Shown here piece by piece: positions 57,078 through 64,000 of a DNA stretch of 64,000 bases. The notes under the pieces are model-generated. The model ran no database searches. It was not told where the DNA came from and worked only from the letters and a program-made list of their open reading frames with translations. A program made the translations under genes and the position numbers. This DNA comes from Candidatus Woesearchaeota archaeon. Its GTDB lineage: Archaea > Nanobdellota > Nanobdellia > Woesearchaeales > 0-14-0-80-44-23. How positions within the stretch are numbered: position 1 is the first letter of the stretch; each line of letters begins with the position of its first letter. The stretch lies in the NCBI GenBank assembly GCA_038874135.1, contig JAVZCZ010000001.1:256001-320000 (forward strand), in the 5' to 3' direction.

Positions 57078-58554
57078 GGTTCATAGGGCTGATAAGGATT
57101 CAAAAGTTAAAGCAGTTCTGCTTGCCCTAGCAGTTTTTACATGTTTTTTCTCAGCATATGTTCCACATTTAAAGAATCCCTTTCCAATTCATGTGGACGA
57201 GTGGCAGCATCTAGCTCAGATAATCGCGATTTCCGAAGGAAAGCCGAACTTGAATCCGTATGTTGGAGAGAGACATTTTGATTTTGAAATTTTGTTTCAT
57301 CTAATTTGGGCTTTTCCAGCATTACTTATGGGACGGGTTGGTTTCATACTTTTCAGCAGGTTTATACCTGCAATTCTTGCAGCCTTGTCTGGCTTTTGTC
57401 TTTACTTTTCTCTCAGAAAGATGAAGTTTTCATATATTGAAGCACTACTCTCAATTTTTATATTTGCAACTTTGAAGAGTGGACTTAACTTACTAGGAAC
57501 TGCCTACTTCGTGCCGATGTCAGCAGCTTTCCCATTGATGTTTCTATTCCTGGGCTACTTTTCAGAAAGTGTTGCTGAGGGTAAGAATATTCTTATTTCC
57601 ACCCTGCTGTGGGTTCTTCTTTTTATGATTTATCCGCCAAGTGCAACCATACTACTCCCAGCAATTATTACCTATCCGCTTTTCTTTCCAAATTTTATCA
57701 AGAAGAGGGCTAAGCTTCTTTTAGTATTTGGGATAATTCTAACATGCATGATTATCACATCTCTGCTAATAAGATTAAATGGAGAGGTAGCTTTTTTTCT
57801 AATCTTAAAAAATCTGGTGTTCAAGTTCGGATGGGGAGGGTATGAGCTGAAATATTCAATTCCGTTGCTATTCACAATTCCAGGATTTATACTGGCGCTT
57901 ATGGGAGCATATTTAAAAAAGGGGGAGGATAGGCCGCGCCTTCTGCTCTTGGCAGCATTTTTTTCAATACTAATTTCTTTCATATTTCAGATTTTTAATG
58001 TGAGCTTTCTAGCACCTTATCAGAGAGTGGTTTATTATGTTATGATTTTTATGGTTCCACTCGCCGGGGTCGGATTATCTAAGGTTTACTTGTTCCTATA
58101 TTCAAGGGTTGGGTCAACTTTTGCTGTTATTGCAGTCGTCCTAATTTTAGGTTTAATGTTCCAGCTTAAATATCCTTCTAAGAGTTTGAGCATTGACTAT
58201 GCAAAGCCGATAATGAATATGGATGCTTGGAATGCTCTTCTATGGGCTAGGGATAATCTTCCTAATGATTCAGTTATCCTCTCAGATTTTATGCTGTCTA
58301 GTGCAGTTACCCCTATAGCTGGGAGAGTAGTGCAGGCAGTTCTTCCCGCGCAGCTCGGCACATTTGACAGGCAGGAGGAAAGGCTTGTAGATGCTATTAA
58401 GTTTTTTAATAATGGAGAGTGTTCTGAAAAATTGGGAATTATTGATAAGTGGAATGTGAGCGTGGTCATCTCAGACAAGAGGGAAACCTGCCTTGAATTT
58501 GAGGGCTTTCAGTTAGCATATGCAAAAAATTATTTCATATATAGAAAGTATTAA
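57067..58554 (+). CDS. Multi-TM GT-C-like membrane protein
   Basis: PIHVDEWQH after TM1, many TM helices, LLWARDNLPNDSVILSD. Confidence 0.6.
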   Translation: MKDRVHRADKDSKVKAVLLALAVFTCFFSAYVPHLKNPFPIHVDEWQHLAQIIAISEGKPNLNPYVGERHFDFEILFHLIWAFPALLMGRVGFILFSRFIPAILAALSGFCLYFSLRKMKFSYIEALLSIFIFATLKSGLNLLGTAYFVPMSAAFPLMFLFLGYFSESVAEGKNILISTLLWVLLFMIYPPSATILLPAIITYPLFFPNFIKKRAKLLLVFGIILTCMIITSLLIRLNGEVAFFLILKNLVFKFGWGGYELKYSIPLLFTIPGFILALMGAYLKKGEDRPRLLLLAAFFSILISFIFQIFNVSFLAPYQRVVYYVMIFMVPLAGVGLSKVYLFLYSRVGSTFAVIAVVLILGLMFQLKYPSKSLSIDYAKPIMNMDAWNALLWARDNLPNDSVILSDFMLSSAVTPIAGRVVQAVLPAQLGTFDRQEERLVDAIKFFNNGECSEKLGIIDKWNVSVVISDKRETCLEFEGFQLAYAKNYFIYRKY

Positions 58555-58577
58555 ATATAATAAGTCATTTTGTTATT

Positions 58578-58889
58578 ATGTTATTAAAGAATTATGGAGG
58601 TGTGTTTATGGCGTTTTACCAACCGTATATGATGTGGCCCTTTTATCTTAGCCCAGGAATTTTTGCACTGTTAATTCTAATTTTGATATGGAGCGCCGTC
58701 TGGAAGGCGATTGCACTTTGGAAGTCTGCAAGAAATGACGATCTGGCTTGGTTTATAGTATTCCTAATAATAAATACAGCAGGCATTCTAGAGATTATTT
58801 ACATATTCCTAATAAGTAAGAATAGGAAGTGCTGCGAGTGCGAAGAGGAAAGGAAGCCTGAAAAAAAGGTAAGAGCTAAAAAGAGATAG
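58578..58889 (+). CDS. Small membrane protein (DUF5652-like)
   Basis: WSAVWKAIALWKSARN...WF...INTAGILEIIYI. Confidence 0.8.
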   Translation: MLLKNYGGVFMAFYQPYMMWPFYLSPGIFALLILILIWSAVWKAIALWKSARNDDLAWFIVFLIINTAGILEIIYIFLISKNRKCCECEEERKPEKKVRAKKR

Positions 58890-58946
58890 TAATTTTGGAA
58901 TGTCCCATTTTTTATTGATTATATTTTTTGTTTAGATTGCATATTG

Positions 58947-59540
58947 TTAAATTGCTGTGGGCACGCTGATAAAGAATTCTGAGATTATGAGCAGTATTAA
59001 GGAAGCTGCAAGCATGACTGCGAAGGCAGTTCTACTCCAGTAGAAAACCTTTCTTCCGTCAAAGTTGAAAAAGGGGAGCATGTTGAAAAGGGATAACCAG
59101 GCATTGACAGTTAAGGCTGCTGATGCAAATGCCTTCACCTGCAGGCTTGTTGAAGAGAGTAGGAGCACTAGGAAGAACAGGGCTAGGATTATGTTGGCAA
59201 GTGGGCCTGCCGATGCGATTGAGCCGATCTCCCTTTTCTTCATTGGCCTGCTGTTCAGTATTATCACTGCGCCGGGGGCTGCGAACACTACTCCTAAGAG
59301 TGATAAAAGCACTGCAAGGATTAGCATTCTGAAGTCTGCTCTGAACTCTGCAAAACAGCCGTAGTGTTGAGCAACAATCTTGTGGGCTATCTCGTGAATT
59401 ACGAAGCCAATTCCTATTGTTAGTAGCGCTATTAAGATGTTTATCTGATAAGCTATTGAAAAAGCTAGGCCTACACCTACTGTTGAGATTAGTATGTGAA
59501 GTGTTTCAATTCCTGAAAATCTTAATGGAAGATTTCGCAT
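58947..59540 (-). CDS. M50 site-2 metalloprotease-like protein
   Basis: HEIAH, AGPLAN, FNMLP..FDG; start taken at MRNLP (59540) to avoid overlap with dnaJ. Confidence 0.85.
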   Translation of the reverse strand: MRNLPLRFSGIETLHILISTVGVGLAFSIAYQINILIALLTIGIGFVIHEIAHKIVAQHYGCFAEFRADFRMLILAVLLSLLGVVFAAPGAVIILNSRPMKKREIGSIASAGPLANIILALFFLVLLLSSTSLQVKAFASAALTVNAWLSLFNMLPFFNFDGRKVFYWSRTAFAVMLAASLILLIISEFFISVPTAI

Positions 59541-59544
59541 TTTT

Positions 59545-60630
59545 TTACTCCTTTTCAAATTTGGCGAGTTTTTCAAGTATTGCCCTCTCTTCAGAGGAGA
59601 TGTGCTCTGGAACCTTAACTTCCACTGTTACATACTCATCGCCATAGCCGTAGCCGTTAAGCCTGGGCATGCCACTCCCTTTTAGCCTGAACATTGTGCC
59701 TGGCTGCGTATGTGGTGGAATCTTTATTGAAACATTCCCGCTTGTAAGCGTTGGGACCTGTGCGGTGCCTCCCAATACCAGTTTGGTGTATGGAATACTC
59801 ACTCTAGTGTATAGGTCGTCTCCCTTCCTTTCAAATATTGGGTGGGGTTTTACAAATACTCTTATATAAAGGTCTCCGGGCCTTCCCCCGTGCGAGCCTG
59901 GCTCTCCCTCACCCTGAACTCTTAATTCTGCTCCAGAGTCAATCCCTGCAGGTATTTTCACTTCTATTTTCTTCTTTTTAAGGACATATCCCGAGCCATG
60001 ACATACTCGGCATCTCTTTTCAGCAATTCTTCCAGTTCCGTTACAGCTTCTGCACGGCCCGCTCGTGCTGAACATTCCGAATGGGGTTCTTCTTGTTGAG
60101 CGTACATATCCTGTGCCGTTGCAGGCTTCACACACTTTGAATTCGCCGTTTTCTGCTCCTGTTCCCTTGCAGGCTTCGCACTCCTCGTTTTTTTCCAGTA
60201 TAAATGATTTTACAAGTCCCGAAGCTGCTTCTTCCAGAGTTATTTCTACATCGTGGTATATGTCTGCGCCACGCTTGGGACGAGTTCTGCTACTTCTTCC
60301 TCCCATGCTGAAGTCTTCAAAGAAGCTTCCGAAGCCGCTGAATAGGTCTTCAAAGTCGGAGAAGTCAAAGTCTCGGAAGTCAAATCCTGAGGAGCCAGCT
60401 TGGAAGCCGCCTGCTTCTGCAGAGCCGAACTTATCATAGTTTGCGCGTAGGTTGTCATCAGAAAGCACTCTGTATGCTTCATTTATCTCTTTGAACTTTT
60501 CTTCCTTTTCTTTGTCTCCCCGGTTAAGATCGGGATGGTACTTCTTGGCTAATTCCTTATATGCCCGCTTTATTTCTTCCTTGGAAGCATTGGGAGGCAC
60601 TCCTAATATTTTATAGTAGTCTTTAGACAT
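59545..60630 (-). CDS. dnaJ: Chaperone DnaJ
   Basis: J domain with HPD, G/F region, four CxxCxGxG repeats. Confidence 0.97.
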   Translation of the reverse strand: MSKDYYKILGVPPNASKEEIKRAYKELAKKYHPDLNRGDKEKEEKFKEINEAYRVLSDDNLRANYDKFGSAEAGGFQAGSSGFDFRDFDFSDFEDLFSGFGSFFEDFSMGGRSSRTRPKRGADIYHDVEITLEEAASGLVKSFILEKNEECEACKGTGAENGEFKVCEACNGTGYVRSTRRTPFGMFSTSGPCRSCNGTGRIAEKRCRVCHGSGYVLKKKKIEVKIPAGIDSGAELRVQGEGEPGSHGGRPGDLYIRVFVKPHPIFERKGDDLYTRVSIPYTKLVLGGTAQVPTLTSGNVSIKIPPHTQPGTMFRLKGSGMPRLNGYGYGDEYVTVEVKVPEHISSEERAILEKLAKFEKE

Positions 60631-61258
60631 CTGAACCCACCTCCCCTTCTTCTTTCATTATTTCTATTAATTCGTCAGGACTTCTTCCTATTTTTGAAAA
60701 GATCTCATTTTCTAAACTTTCAACACCTGCTCTGGTGCGGAGTATTGCTTCTCTCCTTTTAGGAGTGGTCCCGTACCTTTTCAGCAGGTAATCATACCTC
60801 TCAGGAAGTCCTACTATCGTTGAGTCGTTAAGACGCTTATCAGCATAAAAGACAAGCTTTTCTTCCCAAGTTTTAAGGCCTTCAGGGTCTTCATAAATGG
60901 TTTCAAGTCTGTGCTTTCGAACTATCTGTCCAACTTCCGGATAGCCCTTCTCTGTCAGTATCTTCTGAGAGAGGTAGCCGTGCTCGTGCCCATTTTCAAG
61001 TGTTAGAAACTTGTCCAGGTCGTGCAGCAGTGCGGCTGAGCGGAGCAGTTCCAGGTTTATTGTTTCTCCTTTTTTCATTAGCTTTTTGGCAAGCGCGGTT
61101 GATATTCTCATTACGAGCATGGAGTGCCTCTTCATGTTGCTGGTGAGTTTTGTCTCATCTAGCAGTTTGAGGCACTCTGCTATTGTTGGAATTTTCATTC
61201 CAAGTTCGCTTTCAGCTGGGATTTTTAAAGCTTTCCCAGCTTCATGTTTTGATGTCAT
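60623..61258 (-). CDS. HD-domain phosphohydrolase
   Basis: [25 protein letters not shown]. Confidence 0.85.
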   Translation of the reverse strand: MTSKHEAGKALKIPAESELGMKIPTIAECLKLLDETKLTSNMKRHSMLVMRISTALAKKLMKKGETINLELLRSAALLHDLDKFLTLENGHEHGYLSQKILTEKGYPEVGQIVRKHRLETIYEDPEGLKTWEEKLVFYADKRLNDSTIVGLPERYDYLLKRYGTTPKRREAILRTRAGVESLENEIFSKIGRSPDELIEIMKEEGEVGSDV

Positions 61259-61271
61259 TAATGCTCCTCAT

Positions 61272-63134
61272 CTATTTTTTGTCTTCATCTACCTTATATT
61301 CTGCATCATAGACCCTGCTTCCTCCATTTTTCTTATTATCATCTTCAGCTCCCGAATTGGAAGAAGCAGAGGCGCCTGCCTTCTGGTAGAGTTCTGTTGA
61401 GGCTTCCTGAAGTAGTCTGTTAAGCTCGTCAAATAAGGATTTCACTCTTGACTCGTCAGCGTTTCTGTCTTTTATCAGCTCCTTGAGTTCTGAATTCTTT
61501 TCACTTATGCGCTTCAGCTTCTCATCTGATACTTTACCCTTCATCTCTTCAAGGAGCTTTTCAGTTGAGTAGACTGTTGCTTCCGCGTTATTGAATAATT
61601 CTGCCCTCTCCTTTCGTCTCTTATCTTCTTCTGCATGCAGTTCAGCCTCTCTCCTCATTCTTTCAATGTCAGCTTCGCTGAGCTTGGTAGGAGCAGTTAT
61701 TGTCATTGCCTGCTGCTTTCCCGTTCCTAGGTCTTTAGCTGAAACATGCAGTATCCCATTTGCATCTATGTCAAAGGTAACTTCAATCTGTGGTACCCCG
61801 CGAGGTGCCGGCGGTATTCCGATAAGGTCAAAGGTTCCCAGCAGTTTATTGTCTTCAGCCATCGGCCTCTCTCCTTGGAAAACCCTTATTGAAACTGCCG
61901 GCTGGTTGTCTGTCGCAGTTGTGAATATCTGAGACTTTTTGGTTGGGATTGTTGTGTTCCTCTCAATAAGCTTTGTAAAGATTCCTCCAAGTGTTTCTAT
62001 ACCTAAGCTAAGTGGAGTTACATCTAATAGTAGTATGTCTTTCACTTCTCCCGCCAGAACTGCGCCCTGGATTGCAGCTCCCATCGCTACGCACTCCATC
62101 GGGTCTACGCCCCTTTCAACCTTCTTGCCTACGATGTCCTCTACAAACCTCTGCACTATCGGCATTCTGGTTGGACCGCCAACTAATATTATCTTGTCAA
62201 TGTCGTTCTTTGTAAGCTTTGCATCTGCTAATGCTTGCTCTATCGGCTTTCTGCACCTCTCAACTATAGGCCTTACAAGCTCTTCCAGTTTTGCTCTTGT
62301 TATCTTCATCTGTAAGTGTTTGGGCCCCTCATTTGTGGCTGAGATGAAAGGCAGGTTTATCTCTGTTTCAAGCACACTTGAAAGCTCTATTTTTGCCTTT
62401 TCAGCTGCTTCCCTGATGCGCTGCATTGCCATCTGGTCTTTTGAGAGGTCTATGCCTTCCATCCTCTTGAACTCTTTAACTATGTAATCTATGAGGGCGT
62501 TGTCCATGTCCGTGCCGCCGAGCTGGGTGTCTCCAGATGTTGATTTTACTTCAAATACCCCCTGGCCGTACTCCATTATTGTTACATCTAAGGTTCCTCC
62601 TCCGAGGTCAAACACCATCACCTTGTGCTCCTTATCCGCCTTGTCCAAGCCGTATGCTAGGCAGGCTGCTGTGGGCTCATTAATTATGCGTACTACTTCC
62701 AGCCCAGCGATTGTTCCAGCGTCCTTTGTGGCTTGCCTCTGATTGTCGTCAAAGTATGCTGGAACTGTTATTACTGCCTTCTTTACCGGCTGGCCAAGGT
62801 ATGCTTCTGCATCCTTCTTTATCTTTTGAAGTATGAATGCTGAGATCTGCTGCGGCGTGTAAGTCTTTCCCATTATTTCGTACTTGTAGTTAGTTCCCAT
62901 CTTTCTCTTTACTGCCATTATTGTGTTTTTAGGGTTTGAGATCGCCTGTCTTCTCGCTGGCTCTCCAACGAGTACAGTTCCGTCTGGTGTGAAGGCCACC
63001 ACGCTGGGCACTGTTTTGCCGCTGACTGTGGCTCCTTCTGCGCTTGGAATTATGACTGGCTTGCCGCCTTCCATTACTGCGGCGCAGCTGTTGGAAGTTC
63101 CAAGGTCTATTCCTATGATTTTTTCTGTTGCCAT
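61272..63134 (-). CDS. dnaK: Chaperone DnaK (Hsp70)
   Basis: [37 protein letters not shown]. Confidence 0.98.
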   Translation of the reverse strand: MATEKIIGIDLGTSNSCAAVMEGGKPVIIPSAEGATVSGKTVPSVVAFTPDGTVLVGEPARRQAISNPKNTIMAVKRKMGTNYKYEIMGKTYTPQQISAFILQKIKKDAEAYLGQPVKKAVITVPAYFDDNQRQATKDAGTIAGLEVVRIINEPTAACLAYGLDKADKEHKVMVFDLGGGTLDVTIMEYGQGVFEVKSTSGDTQLGGTDMDNALIDYIVKEFKRMEGIDLSKDQMAMQRIREAAEKAKIELSSVLETEINLPFISATNEGPKHLQMKITRAKLEELVRPIVERCRKPIEQALADAKLTKNDIDKIILVGGPTRMPIVQRFVEDIVGKKVERGVDPMECVAMGAAIQGAVLAGEVKDILLLDVTPLSLGIETLGGIFTKLIERNTTIPTKKSQIFTTATDNQPAVSIRVFQGERPMAEDNKLLGTFDLIGIPPAPRGVPQIEVTFDIDANGILHVSAKDLGTGKQQAMTITAPTKLSEADIERMRREAELHAEEDKRRKERAELFNNAEATVYSTEKLLEEMKGKVSDEKLKRISEKNSELKELIKDRNADESRVKSLFDELNRLLQEASTELYQKAGASASSNSGAEDDNKKNGGSRVYDAEYKVDEDKK

Positions 63135-63147
63135 TTTGATTACCTCC

Positions 63148-63486
63148 TTAATCGTTTTTTATACTGTTCGGCGTGCTTCCTGAGAGGGCTATTCTCCTCA
63201 GCTCTTCAACCCTTTCCTCTTTTAGGATTGGGCGGCTGGTGCCCTCTAAGGGAAGTATCTTTACTACCTCTAAGAGTTTTACCAGTCGGGCGAGCTTGAA
63301 GGTGTCATAAGGCTTTATGCTGCCGACTGCCTCGTAGAGGTTGTAATCGTAAGTGCTTATCTCAAATTCTGAGCCTCTGCAGCTTATCATAGTGTCTATG
63401 TAGTCGTCTGTCCCGAGCAAGTATTTCAATATTGACTCGGGGCTCAGGAATATTTTTTGTTTTACATGGTTGATTTCCATGTTCAT
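63148..63486 (-). CDS. Hypothetical protein
   Basis: 112-aa ORF coupled to both neighbours; only a faint PIN-like look. Confidence 0.6.
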   Translation of the reverse strand: MNMEINHVKQKIFLSPESILKYLLGTDDYIDTMISCRGSEFEISTYDYNLYEAVGSIKPYDTFKLARLVKLLEVVKILPLEGTSRPILKEERVEELRRIALSGSTPNSIKND

Positions 63487-64000
63487 TTTGATTCCTCCTT
63501 TGCTTTGTAATTTTTTAAATCGTCTTTGGTCATTATCTCGTATGATAATATTTTAAATCTCAAATCTTTGTCAGGAATGATTTCCTCTATTGAAGCCCCA
63601 ACTATCCTTTTTGGAGTGTGGAGCATGAGCTGGTTCCACTGGCGAAGGGCTTCAGGGTCTTCCTTGTCAAGCAGCATGTTAAATCTGAACCATTGCAGAG
63701 CCTCTCCATCCCTGTCTGAGCAGCTGGCTATCTTGCAGTAAAGCGGCTTGACCTCATGTACGAGGCAGCCTATGCGCTCGTCATAAAGGATGCAGGGCCC
63801 GAAGGGCTTGTTTCCCCCATGTTTTAACTTATAAACTGTCCTGTTCAGCTCCTGTCTTTCTTCAAGGTAGTGCCTCTTGAACTCTTCTGGCTCTACTGCC
63901 AGGTATTTGGCAACTAAATGGAGCTCCTCATCTAGGATGTATGCTGAGCCGTACTTGCAGCAATGGCCGCACCTTTCACATTTGGCTCCAAGGCTTATCA
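63483..64000 (-). CDS. YkgJ/CxxCxxCC-type cysteine-cluster protein, 5'-truncated by the window edge
   Basis: Frame of the 64-aa track ORF stays open to the edge: KCERCGHCCKY...PCILYDERIGCLVHEVKPLYC...FNMLLDKEDPEAL. Confidence 0.8.
   Translation of the reverse strand, partial: ISLGAKCERCGHCCKYGSAYILDEELHLVAKYLAVEPEEFKRHYLEERQELNRTVYKLKHGGNKPFGPCILYDERIGCLVHEVKPLYCKIASCSDRDGEALQWFRFNMLLDKEDPEALRQWNQLMLHTPKRIVGASIEEIIPDKDLRFKILSYEIMTKDDLKNYKAKEESK

Noticed and set aside
402-63741. Many 60-180 aa ORFs antisense to or overlapping long genes (e.g. 2646..3089, 61939..62487)
   Set aside because: Shadow ORFs of well-supported genes with no recognisable motifs

Overview
Archaeal chromosomal window (archaeal-type rpS7, Dph2, class III signal pilins, BRE/TATA promoters); the gene content suggests a DPANN/Woesearchaeota-like organism, which is an inference. 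Layout: (1) 1-11.1 kb, higher-GC backbone: a type IV pilus operon (TadC/T2SS-F, assembly ATPase, five class III signal proteins including a 917-aa vWA adhesin, prepilin peptidase), a degenerate cis-prenyltransferase and two HIT proteins. (2) About 11.2-50.4 kb, an AT-rich accessory region: CysD/CysN/TauE with sulfatase- and phosphodiesterase-fold enzymes; a Wzm/Wzt glycan export locus with many glycosyltransferases, two NDP-sugar epimerases, five radical SAM genes and a GT4 carrying a perfect 63-bp tandem-repeat coiled coil; then a RiPP-like cassette (PqqD/RRE, radical SAM-SPASM, HPr-kinase-like protein, B12 radical SAM, YcaO). An unannotated 36-aa precursor-like ORF (43498-43608, minus; MKRKIVWKKPTLRKIAMTDTITSSCNYHVTGSSSLG) has a WxxPxL leader motif and its own BRE/TATA. 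(3) 50.5-64 kb, backbone: rps7, GT2, S26 peptidase, APC permease-methyltransferase fusion, dph2, membrane proteins, dnaJ-HD-dnaK. No tRNA, rRNA, CRISPR array, integrase or transposase was recognised. All family calls come from motif reading; no database search was run.
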